A stretch of 40,433 nucleotides of DNA, from IMG/VR virus record IMGVR_UViG_3300040801_001252, positions 1-40,433 of that record, one strand, 5' to 3'. Source of the DNA: a virus. The notes under the pieces were generated by a model. It was not told where the DNA came from. It saw only the letters and a list, made by a program, of their open reading frames with translations, and made no database searches. Below are positions 1-7,595 of the stretch, one piece after another. The position numbers and the translations under genes were made by a program. Numbering within the stretch: position 1 is the first letter of the stretch; each line of letters starts with the position of its first letter.

Positions 1-117
1 CGAGATCCGTAACCCGCCGCGTTACAAGCGAGTGCCCGTGCGGCTCCTTGAGCAAGTGCTGACCGATCGAAACCTCGCCCAAGCCTTTGCGCAGTTCGTT
101 CAAGCCAAGGGATACAC
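1..117. repeat. Terminal direct repeat, copy 1 (identical to 40317-40433)
   Basis: All 117 nt (cgagatccgtaacccgccgcg...caagggatacac) match 40317-40433 base for base by eye. This is the usual signature of a circular or circularly permuted genome assembled with an end overlap. Confidence 0.95.
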
Positions 118-292
118 ACTCGCGCAGGTTCGCGCCCTTCGCACTATCTCGCTGAATAACAAGCTCTTGCGTGAGTTCGTCACGGCGCAAGGCTTCACCA
201 TGCGGCAGGCGTTCACCGCCTTGCAGCGCGCCGCCGAGGCCTTACAGGAGGCCGAGGAGCAAGCGGAACAGGAACTCGGGGCCGAGGAGTGA
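1..292 (+). CDS. 3' part of wrap-around ORF that starts at 39709 (hypothetical protein of the tail-fibre region)
   Basis: The frame of track ORF 32..292 equals the stop-free frame running off the right end once the 117-nt repeats are superimposed. 608 nt (39709-40316) plus 292 nt gives 900 nt, i.e. 299 codons plus TGA at 290-292. Confidence 0.6.
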   Translation, partial: EIRNPPRYKRVPVRLLEQVLTDRNLAQAFAQFVQAKGYTLAQVRALRTISLNNKLLREFVTAQGFTMRQAFTALQRAAEALQEAEEQAEQELGAEE

Positions 293-561
293 ACCGCCTA
301 CTGTATATCTTGCACCGGATCGCGTCGGATCTTGTGTCGCTTGGTAGCCGCGCGATCAACGCCTTTGTGTATGGCGGATCGACGGCGCAGACTACGAGTG
401 CCCGGGCACACCTAGAAGCGCCCACGAGCGCGGCGTGGGCACGCCGCCGTCGGTGGATCAACGCGGTGTTTTTCTGGCAAGCAGACCATTGTGAGCGCGC
501 GTGGCTGCAAGAGGTTGAACGAGCGCGCTATGTCCTATCGAGACTAGAGGCGAAGGAATGA
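289..561 (+). CDS. Hypothetical protein (90 aa)
   Basis: GTG at 289 overlaps the upstream stop (GTGA) and the stop overlaps the next ATG (ATGA at 558-561). High third-position GC. No domain recognised. Start uncertain. Confidence 0.45.
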   Translation: MNRLLYILHRIASDLVSLGSRAINAFVYGGSTAQTTSARAHLEAPTSAAWARRRRWINAVFFWQADHCERAWLQEVERARYVLSRLEAKE

Positions 562-1226
562 GCAACTTGACCGACCGCATACAAAACGACGGCGTAGGCA
601 TGCGGTGGCTGCGCACCGCCGCGACGACGATCACCTCGGTCGCGGCCGCGATCGTGGTCGTGTGGGCGGCGGTGGCATGGCTCCTCGGGCCGCGTGTCGT
701 CGGTTGGGCCGAGGATCTGGCGCAACAAGCAAACGAAAACGTGCGGGCCGAGCTACGGCAAACCTCGGAACACCTCGCGCGCCTCGATAACGTTGTCGAG
801 CGCCTAGAAGAGACGACGGCTCGCCTCGCCGAGGCGTCAAACTTTAACACCGCGCCCTCGTGGCGGTTCGATCCGGTCGAGACGACGATCTCCGACGGGG
901 AAATCGGCGGCGAGGTCACGGTAACAGCCACGGGGTACAAACTGCGCGACTGCGGTCGCCCGGTCGTCGATCTGTATTTCGTCAACGGGCGAGGCGTGTT
1001 TCATCGGTTCACAGATACCTCGCTTCTAACGCCAGACGGGCGCGGGATCGCGGCACCGGTAGACCCGACGCGACCGTTCACGATCAGTTATACCGCCGTG
1101 ATCCCGAGCGACGACGGCGTTACGCTGGGTCGGGCGCTAGGCTACATTTCGGTCACCTACCCCGACGCATGCCCGGCCGTCAATCCGGCGGTCGCCGGGC
1201 CGCTACAATTTCGCATCACAGGATAG
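558..1226 (+). CDS. Membrane-anchored protein with an N-terminal TM helix, a coiled coil and a beta-rich C-terminal domain
   Basis: 222-aa ORF. Hydrophobic stretch LRTAATTITSVAAAIVVVWAAVAWLLG is followed by a heptad-like region (AEDLAQQANENVRAELRQTSEHLARLDNVVERLEETTARL). Sits directly upstream of the endolysin. Confidence 0.6.
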   Translation: MSNLTDRIQNDGVGMRWLRTAATTITSVAAAIVVVWAAVAWLLGPRVVGWAEDLAQQANENVRAELRQTSEHLARLDNVVERLEETTARLAEASNFNTAPSWRFDPVETTISDGEIGGEVTVTATGYKLRDCGRPVVDLYFVNGRGVFHRFTDTSLLTPDGRGIAAPVDPTRPFTISYTAVIPSDDGVTLGRALGYISVTYPDACPAVNPAVAGPLQFRITG

Positions 1227-1237
1227 GGGGATCCCTT

Positions 1238-2041
1238 ATGGCGAGAGCGAACTACGTCAAATGCCTTGCAGAGGTACTCAAGCACGAGGGCGGGTGGGCT
1301 AATCACCCGCGCGATCCGGGCGGCGCGACCATGCGCGGCGTCATACAGCGAAACTACGATCGCTATCGTGACGGTAAGGGCCTCCCTCGGCGCACGGTAC
1401 GCGAGATCGAGAACTCCGAGCTACAGGAGATATACCGCGAGTGGTTCTGGAACGAGGTACAGGGTGACGCCCTGCCCTACGGGTTCGACCTCGTCGCGTT
1501 CGACGGCGGCGTGAACTCGGGGCCGCGTCGAGGCGCGCGGTGGCTGCAAATAGGCGTCGGCGCCAAGGCCGACGGCAAGGTCGGGCCCAAGACGATCGAG
1601 GCCGCGCGGCGCGCGCCGGTCGAGGGGATCGAGCGCGCATGCGCGGCTCGCATGTCGTTTCTACGCGCTCTGTCCCATTGGGATGCGTTCGGGCGCGGGT
1701 GGAGCCGCCGCGTCGCCTCGATAGAGGCCGTCGGCACGCGCATGTGGCTTGCGGCGGCCGAGGGCAACCGAGTGGCTAAGGCGACGCTACAGGAGCGCGC
1801 ACAGGCGGCGCCAGAGCGGGCCAAGGCCGCCACGCGGGCCGGCGGTGCGCAAGCCGGGGCAACCGGGGCCGGTGGCCTCGGTGCGGGTGTGTCCGTTGAG
1901 GGCATGCCCGAGGCGACGATCGCGATCGCTCTCGTCGCGATCGTCGCCGTCATTTTCATCACCATGCGGGCGCGCCGACGGGCGCAGTACGAGGCAGACC
2001 GCAAGGCGGCGTTCGAGGCAGAAGCGGAGGCCCTCACATGA
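1238..2041 (+). CDS. Endolysin: GH108-type muramidase plus PG_binding_3-like domain, with a C-terminal transmembrane extension
   Basis: ATG at 1238 lies inside track ORF 860..2041. N-terminus LKHEGGWANHPRDPGGATMRGV is the GH108 EGG/DPGG signature, and ADGKVGPKTIEA is typical of the PG-binding repeat. C-terminus has the TM segment ATIAIALVAIVAVIFITM followed by RARRRA. Confidence 0.85.
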   Translation: MARANYVKCLAEVLKHEGGWANHPRDPGGATMRGVIQRNYDRYRDGKGLPRRTVREIENSELQEIYREWFWNEVQGDALPYGFDLVAFDGGVNSGPRRGARWLQIGVGAKADGKVGPKTIEAARRAPVEGIERACAARMSFLRALSHWDAFGRGWSRRVASIEAVGTRMWLAAAEGNRVAKATLQERAQAAPERAKAATRAGGAQAGATGAGGLGAGVSVEGMPEATIAIALVAIVAVIFITMRARRRAQYEADRKAAFEAEAEALT

Positions 2042-2244
2042 CCCTCAAAGGCTACCGAACCGTCGCGTTTATGGGCGCGGCGGCCTTCTTGCCCGCGCTC
2101 GACGCGCTCTTGCCGATCCTCATGTTGCCCGAGTGGGCCGACGTGATCCCGTCCGAGTGGTGGCCCTACTACTCCATCGCCGTCGGGATCCTCGGGATCG
2201 TGTTGCGCGCGGTCACGACAACGCCCCTTGGGCAGCGAGAGTAA
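2038..2244 (+). CDS. Small two-TM membrane protein, holin/antiholin candidate
   Basis: 68 aa with two hydrophobic segments (VAFMGAAAFLPALDALLPILML and YYSIAVGILGIVLRAV). ATGA overlap with the endolysin stop. Confidence 0.55.
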   Translation: MTLKGYRTVAFMGAAAFLPALDALLPILMLPEWADVIPSEWWPYYSIAVGILGIVLRAVTTTPLGQRE

Positions 2245-2248
2245 GCGT

Positions 2249-2617
2249 ATGGGGTTTCTGGCGTGGCTAGGGCGGATCCTCACCGGCGGCGTACTCGATC
2301 GCGTGCTCGACACGGTCGATCGCCGTATCGAGGTCGAGGAGAACCGGGACAAGATCAAGGGCGACCTGATCGCCGAGCACCTACGCACCCGGGGCGACTA
2401 CATGCGCGCGGGCGGGTTCCTACTCATGCTCTTGTTCGCCGTGCCGCTCGCGGCGTGGTTCTCGGCCGTCGTGCTCTACTCGATCCTGTGGTGCGCCGGG
2501 TGCGCCTACCCTCAGGAGTGGACGATCGCCGCCCTACCGCCGCCGCTTGACGATTGGGCCGGGGCGATCGTGCTTTCGATCTTTGGCGTCGTCGGCCTCG
2601 ATCGGTTCCGGCGGTAG
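2249..2617 (+). CDS. Membrane protein resembling the GTA-type 3TM holin family
   Basis: ATG at 2249 in track ORF 2228..2617. Soluble charged N-terminal part followed by hydrophobic helices (GGFLLMLLFAVPLAAWFSAVVLYSILW and GAIVLSIFGVVGL). Last gene before the terminator. Confidence 0.5.
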   Translation: MGFLAWLGRILTGGVLDRVLDTVDRRIEVEENRDKIKGDLIAEHLRTRGDYMRAGGFLLMLLFAVPLAAWFSAVVLYSILWCAGCAYPQEWTIAALPPPLDDWAGAIVLSIFGVVGLDRFRR

Positions 2618-2620
2618 GCC

Positions 2621-2647
2621 AAAAGAAAACCCCGGCCGAGGCCGGGG
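2621..2647 (-). terminator. Rho-independent terminator closing the leftward operon (possibly bidirectional)
   Basis: Stem ccccggc (2630-2636) pairs with gccgggg (2641-2647), loop cgag. On the minus strand the stem is followed by TTTTCTTTT (complement of 2621-2629). On the plus strand only a weak TTT follows. Confidence 0.65.
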
Positions 2648-2718
2648 CAAGTTTGAAGCAGGTACAACAGACAGGAAGATCCATCGAGGGTTAGGTTAGC
2701 TGCATGCGGCCTTCCGGG

Positions 2719-2943
2719 TCAAGCCAAGTCTAACGTATCCATGAGGCCTTGCTCTATCGCTGCGAGCCCGGCGACGAGCACGACGTGCACGGTTGGGCAT
2801 ATGCTAGGGTCCATGTTGACCCATACGCGCGCCATGCCGCTGTGCCCCATGCGGTCTAGGACGTTGGCGAACGCATGGACACGCTCGATCTCCTCGTTGT
2901 TCAAGGTGAGCGGTGCTCGCAGGTACTCCCGTTCAATCGACAT
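2719..2943 (-). CDS. Hypothetical protein (74 aa)
   Basis: ORF with AAGGAGAG upstream of the ATG at 2943. Last gene of the leftward arm. Confidence 0.5.
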   Translation of the reverse strand: MSIEREYLRAPLTLNNEEIERVHAFANVLDRMGHSGMARVWVNMDPSICPTVHVVLVAGLAAIEQGLMDTLDLA

Positions 2944-3187
2944 TCGATCTCTCCTTTTCGTCGGCCGCGCGGCTCAGGCGGTTAGCGAGGGCATGCAAAT
3001 GCGCCCCGGTCATGCCCGAGTGATCGACAAGGATAGTGTAGACGACGTTCGCCAGTGTGTCGCCCTGTAGGCCGCTCAGGGCCTCCTGCGCGACCAAGGC
3101 ACGCGCCCGAGGGTCTTTGCGCGGCGGCGGGGGCGGTGCAGGGGAGTTAGGCGTTGCGGAAAGGGCGTTCTTGAGTTGTGAGAACAT
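2933..3187 (-). CDS. Hypothetical protein (84 aa, Pro-rich linker)
   Basis: ORF overlapping the next gene by 11 nt. No domain recognised. Confidence 0.5.
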   Translation of the reverse strand: MFSQLKNALSATPNSPAPPPPPRKDPRARALVAQEALSGLQGDTLANVVYTILVDHSGMTGAHLHALANRLSRAADEKERSNVD

Positions 3188-3191
3188 GGGT

Positions 3192-3479
3192 TCAATCCTT
3201 GGGTAAGAGGAGCGGTTCGAGGTTTCCCGGCGGGATCTGAGCGCGGTCGCCGCCGCCGGTCACGCACAGGCGCCCAAAGCGATCGCGGAAAAGCGCCGTG
3301 TCGATCTGCAAACTCTCGATCGCGAGCTTGTCCTTACTCGTCGTGCCGTTTTCGTTGAGGCGCACATAGCCGCCAGAGGTCGCGGCAAACAAGCGGCCGT
3401 TGTGCTCATAGAGATCGGCGACCTTATACACGCCATTGATCCGTAAGATCGCGGTGTCGCCTTCCAAGCGTTTGAACAT
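3192..3479 (-). CDS. Hypothetical protein (95 aa)
   Basis: ATG at 3479 (MFKRLEGD...) overlaps the upstream stop as ATGA. The track ORF extends to 3512 but without support. Confidence 0.5.
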   Translation of the reverse strand: MFKRLEGDTAILRINGVYKVADLYEHNGRLFAATSGGYVRLNENGTTSKDKLAIESLQIDTALFRDRFGRLCVTGGGDRAQIPPGNLEPLLLPKD

Positions 3480-3865
3480 CACCCGAGCGCCTCCATAAGC
3501 ATGATCCGGCACCGCAACACCTCGGCCTCGCGGAACGCTTGCACCGCGTGGATCCGGTGGGCTTCATCCGCGAACGAGGGTTGAGCGTAGGCACGCAACA
3601 ATAGCGCCTCGATGAACGGCGAACCCTCGACGGCCTCCATAAGGGCCAAGAGCGGGATCTCGGCTTGCCGGTAGCCCATGATCTCGGCGGCGGCCTCTCC
3701 GATCTCCTCGCACGAGGCTAGGCGTTCGGCCTTGGCCGGGAGGGCAAGCACGGCGAAGACCGCAAGGAGGATAAGGCCGAGCTTGGCCGCCTCGAGGACA
3801 AGAACGATCGGATCCTCGGCCGCTCGGCGGTGCGCCTCGTTGAGCTTTCGCATGGTGTTTTTCAT
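3479..3865 (-). CDS. Hypothetical exported or membrane-anchored helical protein (128 aa)
   Basis: N-terminal hydrophobic segment LGLILLAVFAVLALPAKA, followed by a helical domain. Confidence 0.55.
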   Translation of the reverse strand: MKNTMRKLNEAHRRAAEDPIVLVLEAAKLGLILLAVFAVLALPAKAERLASCEEIGEAAAEIMGYRQAEIPLLALMEAVEGSPFIEALLLRAYAQPSFADEAHRIHAVQAFREAEVLRCRIMLMEALG

Positions 3866-4004
3866 GGGTTTGTTTCCTTTTCGGTTCTGGCCTTGCCGGT
3901 TTCAGTATCATTGCGCGCTTCTACTTCAAAATCTAACCCTAGCCTTCGAATGACGCCATTGATGGCGGGGGTGGGGTTAGTCTGTGGCGTTTTGTTCGCG
4001 TTAG

Positions 4005-4232
4005 TCATTGGTGCGGTTCCCTTCTGTTCTGGCGCGGGCGTAAATCAAAACCTATAGCGCGGCGCGGCATTGAAATGGTCATCGGGTCCCCGTCTGCACC
4101 CAAAACGCTGCTTTGTCGATGTGGGGGTTCATCATGCAGCACTGGGGCTGGCAGTGTGTCGCCTTCATAGGGTTCCATACACCAATCGGTCCAGTTGATG
4201 GGGCTGGGTTTTTTTTTTTTATCAATCATCAC
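4005..4232 (-). CDS. Doubtful ORF (75 aa) containing an A12 tract
   Basis: Open frame only. The N-terminus is KKKK encoded by A12 (T12 at 4209-4220 on the plus strand). Composition is atypical and the ORF lies between two copies of a 19-bp direct repeat. Confidence 0.2.
   Translation of the reverse strand: MMIDKKKKPSPINWTDWCMEPYEGDTLPAPVLHDEPPHRQSSVLGADGDPMTISMPRRAIGFDLRPRQNRREPHQ
4019..4037. repeat. 19-bp direct repeat, copy A (cccttctgttctggcgcgg)
   Basis: 18/19 identical to 4238-4256. The exact shared core is tctgttctggcgcgg. Confidence 0.9.
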
Positions 4233-4729
4233 CCTTCCCCCTCTGTTCTGGCGCGGATGGCGGCGGCGGTGCTCACGCCAGCGGCCATTTGACCCTCGTG
4301 GCCTTTTGTGGCGTCATGCTTGCCGACGCCGCGTGTGACGTTTGCCCGCGCTTCTGCTCGGTCTCGGTATTCATCGGCCCCCCTCGCACATGCCTCCCGC
4401 TCTGCCTTCACCGCCTCCGCTATCGCCCGGTCAAAGGCAGACCCGGCGTCGGGGATGAGGGCGAGGAGGGTGCGACGGGCTTCATGTAATGCCTCGGCGT
4501 GCTGCACTTGATCTTCGGTGCAGAACTTGGGAGCCTTTATCGCCTCCGCCGCCTCTCTCAGCGCCGCAGCCACGCGGGCGTCGGCCACGTCTTCGCGGAC
4601 GTATGCGGTAAGTCCCGGCATAGGTCGTGTTGAGTGGAAACGGTCTTCGCCGTGGTTTTCGACGTCCTCTGTCGCCCAAATCCGCTCAGGCGCTTCCTCG
4701 CGGGTGATGGTGTCGGGGGTGTCAGTCAT
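4229..4729 (-). CDS. Hypothetical protein (166 aa), paralogue-like to 4722..5084
   Basis: ATG at 4729 (MTDTPDTITREEAPERIW...) overlaps the upstream stop (ATGACTGA). Shares the MTDxP...APERI(W)...YVR(E/A)D pattern with the upstream gene. Confidence 0.55.
   Translation of the reverse strand: MTDTPDTITREEAPERIWATEDVENHGEDRFHSTRPMPGLTAYVREDVADARVAAALREAAEAIKAPKFCTEDQVQHAEALHEARRTLLALIPDAGSAFDRAIAEAVKAEREACARGADEYRDRAEARANVTRGVGKHDATKGHEGQMAAGVSTAAAIRARTEGEG
4238..4256. repeat. 19-bp direct repeat, copy B (cccctctgttctggcgcgg)
   Basis: 18/19 identical to 4019-4037. Lies in the last codons of CDS 4229..4729. Confidence 0.9.
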
Positions 4730-5084
4730 CGGTGGGTGTCTCCTGAATTGCGGCGAGCGGGCCGCTATCGTAATCCATCTTCGCCGCCCAATCAGGGCCG
4801 CCGAACATCTCTGCGGCCTCCACCGCCCGTTCCAGCTTCTCGGCCAGCGCGTCACGCTCTTTCCTCAGTTTGGAAATAGGCACTACAGTCCTTCGCAATG
4901 CGTCAAGGTCGTCGGCCAGCGCGTCGGCCCGTGCCTCGGCGGCCTTCAGGGATGCCTCTAGGGCGTCGTAAAGGTCGGCTCGGACGTATTGAGTGCCCCC
5001 CGCAGGGCCGCCCCAACGCCCATGAACCCAGTGCGTTTCGCCTTCTTCCTGCCAAACGCCGATCCGTTCTGGCGCGTCAGTCAT
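4722..5084 (-). CDS. Hypothetical coiled-coil protein (120 aa)
   Basis: MTDAPERIGVWQ...YVRADLYDALEASLKAAEARADALADDLDALRR. ATGA-type overlap at both ends. Confidence 0.55.
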   Translation of the reverse strand: MTDAPERIGVWQEEGETHWVHGRWGGPAGGTQYVRADLYDALEASLKAAEARADALADDLDALRRTVVPISKLRKERDALAEKLERAVEAAEMFGGPDWAAKMDYDSGPLAAIQETPTDD

Positions 5085-5440
5085 CCCCGTCCCTCCGTTG
5101 CGCGGTAGGCGGCGAGGGCACTTGGCACGTCAGAGAGCCAAAACAAATGCCAATTACTGCATGTCATCGCTTCACATGCCGTCGCCAGCCGATCCGCCGC
5201 CTCGACCCGCTTGCGCAGCCGCTCGATTTCCTCGGCTTGGGCAAGGTAGGCGGTGGCGAGGTCGGGGGTCATGGCGATCAAGCGGGCGTCGTCTGCGGTA
5301 GCGTCCTCGCAGATGCGAACGTCCATGCCTTGCCACACGTCTCCAAGGCAGTCGCCAATTCCGTGGTAGTCGCAATCCCACGGCCCCGGCGTTGCTGCAT
5401 CCCGCGCCGCCTTCACGGCTTCCGGTGTGATCTCTGTCAT
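5081..5440 (-). CDS. Ead/Ea22-like protein (119 aa)
   Basis: ATG at 5440 is preceded by AGGAGG. MTEITPEAVKAARDAATPGPW and ...DARLIAMTPDLATAYLAQAEEIERLRKR match the ATPGPW / NAxFIAxxxP pattern of Ead/Ea22-like phage proteins. Confidence 0.55.
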   Translation of the reverse strand: MTEITPEAVKAARDAATPGPWDCDYHGIGDCLGDVWQGMDVRICEDATADDARLIAMTPDLATAYLAQAEEIERLRKRVEAADRLATACEAMTCSNWHLFWLSDVPSALAAYRATEGRG

Positions 5441-5493
5441 CTGTCTGCCTCCTGTGAAAGGCGGGGCCACCACAGCCCCGCCCGTGTTGAATG

Positions 5494-5787
5494 TCACGCT
5501 GGCGTCACGTCATCAGGTTGGCCGTTGTCATCCGCGTTGTCTTCTTCTTCGGGCGCGGTTTCGTCCTGCGCCTCTTCCTCTTCTTCTTCGTCATCAAAGT
5601 TGGCCGGGTCAAACTGGCCCTCTTGCGGTGCTACGAGGCGCGAGAAATTGCAGGTCGGGTCAACGAGGTTGTAATAATTCCCGTTGGTCGCCTGAACGAC
5701 TTCGCAGCCAAACACAGTCGAGGTATCGGCAAGCGCCGGTGCGGAAAGCAGTGCGATTGCTGCGGTGGTGGTGTAGATAAGTTTCAT
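5494..5787 (-). CDS. Secreted small acidic protein (97 aa precursor)
   Basis: ATG at 5787 has GGAG 7 nt upstream. Signal-peptide-like MKLIYTTTAAIALLSAPALA|DTS, two Cys, and a C-terminal tail DDEEEEEEAQDETAPEEEDNADDNGQPDD. Confidence 0.6.
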   Translation of the reverse strand: MKLIYTTTAAIALLSAPALADTSTVFGCEVVQATNGNYYNLVDPTCNFSRLVAPQEGQFDPANFDDEEEEEEAQDETAPEEEDNADDNGQPDDVTPA

Positions 5788-5934
5788 GGGTAACTCCATT
5801 CGGTCAGAAGGGCGGTTGATCGCCCGGGTGGGTTGGCCGCCAGACCGGCGGCGATGGTGCGATCGGCTTGGGCGCCGGGTGCGGGGGTCGAAGGCCGAGC
5901 TTGTCTAGCTCGGCCTCGATGTGACGAGGCAGGG

Positions 5935-6489
5935 TCATGCGTGCTTGCGGCACTCAGGACCGTAACCGGTGCGAATGCTCTCGGGATCGGTGAGCTTGCG
6001 GCCGCAACGGGCGCACCGGCCCTCGTGCCAGAACTCAACGGTTCGAGGCATGCGGTCAAGGATCAGGCTTTGCAGGAGCCAATCGAGCGCGCGAAACCGC
6101 ACGTCGTCGGGGTTGCCTTTCTTGCCTGCAATCATAATCGCGCCGCGATCCTTGTCGCGAGCCTTCGCCATGAACGTATGCACGTGGCGCGAGCCTTCGC
6201 CGAGGATCGACTTGAAAAACCCGACATAGGCATAGTCAGCCTCGTTGTCGGACCCGACGAGGGTCGAGACAAAGAACATGCGCGGGTTGTCCTTGGCGAC
6301 GCGGACCCGGTAGGTGTAGCGAGCGCCGGTCTTGGTCGAAACGACCGTAAAGGTCGCATTGCCGCCGAGGATGAACTCGCGCGCCTGCACCGGGTCCGCG
6401 ATGTAGCCCTCGGGCGCGTCGTCGAACGTCGCCTCATGCTGCGGGCCCGGCTGGCCGTGGTCGCCGTCTTGAACGCATTGCATGCACAT
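5935..6489 (-). CDS. Protein with a C-terminal CxxC zinc-ribbon-like motif (DUF6011-like)
   Basis: 184 aa. C-terminus GRCARCGRKLTDPESIRTGYGPECRKHA fits the CxxCGRxLTDPxSxxxGxGPxC signature. AGGAG lies upstream of the ATG at 6489. Confidence 0.55.
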   Translation of the reverse strand: MCMQCVQDGDHGQPGPQHEATFDDAPEGYIADPVQAREFILGGNATFTVVSTKTGARYTYRVRVAKDNPRMFFVSTLVGSDNEADYAYVGFFKSILGEGSRHVHTFMAKARDKDRGAIMIAGKKGNPDDVRFRALDWLLQSLILDRMPRTVEFWHEGRCARCGRKLTDPESIRTGYGPECRKHA

Positions 6490-6566
6490 GGTCTTGATCT
6501 CCTCTCTAGCTCTGGCGCGGCCGCCGGGGCCGCTTGATCCCTACTTAAAGAATACAGACTACACAG

Positions 6567-6773
6567 TCAATGGCTTTCTTTAGGTTGGTCGTAGCGGCGC
6601 AGATCGCGCTCCACGGCGGCAAGCCAATGCCCGGTGTTCTTGGGGGTCGAGGCGCAAAAGATCGTCGGCCGCTCTCCCCTTTCGCACACGAGCTTAAAGT
6701 GCCCTTGTAGCTCCTCGACCCGGCGGCCATACCGCCGGGCCAGTTTGGTGATATCCCGCTTGTTACGTTTCAC
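6567..6773 (-). CDS. Hypothetical basic protein (68 aa)
   Basis: GTG start at 6773, overlapping the upstream gene by 11 nt. No secure domain call. Confidence 0.45.
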   Translation of the reverse strand: MKRNKRDITKLARRYGRRVEELQGHFKLVCERGERPTIFCASTPKNTGHWLAAVERDLRRYDQPKESH

Positions 6774-7110
6774 GGGTCAGGCACCTTTTCAGCCGGCCCT
6801 CGGCGAGCTTGTGATCGCCTCGGCGGATCGCGTCGATCGCCCATCGCACCTCGGCCTCGAACGAGGCGCCGCCTTGAGCGGTGCCACGGGGCACGCCAGA
6901 CGGTCGAGGAGAGGCAGGAGGGGGGTGTTGAGGCTCGGCGAGCTTGTAGGCCCTCCTGAGCGCGCTCACAGCCTGATCGAGGCGGTCAACGATCGCCCGG
7001 CGTTCGGCCTCGGTCGCCCCGTAGGAGGGGCGACCGAGATTGCCGAGTAGCTCGATCTTGCGCAAGGCGACGGGCATGCGCTTGTCGCGCAGTTCGGCGA
7101 ACTTGGTCAT
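6763..7110 (-). CDS. Hypothetical protein (115 aa)
   Basis: ORF with an ATGA overlap to the upstream gene. Confidence 0.5.
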   Translation of the reverse strand: MTKFAELRDKRMPVALRKIELLGNLGRPSYGATEAERRAIVDRLDQAVSALRRAYKLAEPQHPPPASPRPSGVPRGTAQGGASFEAEVRWAIDAIRRGDHKLAEGRLKRCLTRET

Positions 7111-7544
7111 TGCGCGGCCTCGCTCTCGGCGACCATCTGGTCGATCCGGTCATAGCCGCTCATGGCCTGTAGGCGAGCGGCGCGCTCGCCGGCCTCTACT
7201 GCCATGCGGTAGAGCTTGGCGTAGAACTTGGCGTCGGTCTCGAATGAGACGTTGGTGCGCAGGCCCTCGTGCGCCCGCACGTCCTCCTCGGTGATTACGA
7301 TCTTGCCCGCTTGGGAGGACAGGTAGCCGCCGTCAAGGAGGCCCTGCACCGCAGCGATACGAGCGACGGCCTTGTCGAGGTACTTTCCGTGCAGCCCCGG
7401 GACGCCGCATATCATGCAGAGCCATATCAGGCCGTCGGTTACCGGGTGCCACTTGTTCGCCTCGGTCGGGTGGTCGGTGATACGGTCGAACTTCTCGCGG
7501 CCGAGGCGTTCGATCATGTCTGTGAAGTCGAAATTGAGGGACAT
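7107..7544 (-). CDS. Hypothetical protein (145 aa)
   Basis: ATG at 7544 preceded by AAGGAGCTAGACA. Confidence 0.55.
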   Translation of the reverse strand: MSLNFDFTDMIERLGREKFDRITDHPTEANKWHPVTDGLIWLCMICGVPGLHGKYLDKAVARIAAVQGLLDGGYLSSQAGKIVITEEDVRAHEGLRTNVSFETDAKFYAKLYRMAVEAGERAARLQAMSGYDRIDQMVAESEAAQ

Positions 7545-7595
7545 TGTCTAGCTCCTTGGGTTGAGGTGCCGGGGCGCGAGGCCCCGGCGGTTGGG

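Noticed and set aside
860-1237. Upstream extension of the endolysin ORF (track ORF 860..2041)
   Set aside because: It overlaps gene 558..1226 in another frame and is Arg-rich nonsense. The GH108 domain starts at ATG 1238, right after the upstream stop.
6567-6773. HicA-like toxin guess for the 68-aa basic protein
   Set aside because: There is only a vague G-H-x-K resemblance. No HicB-like partner is adjacent, and the motif spacing does not fit well enough to report.
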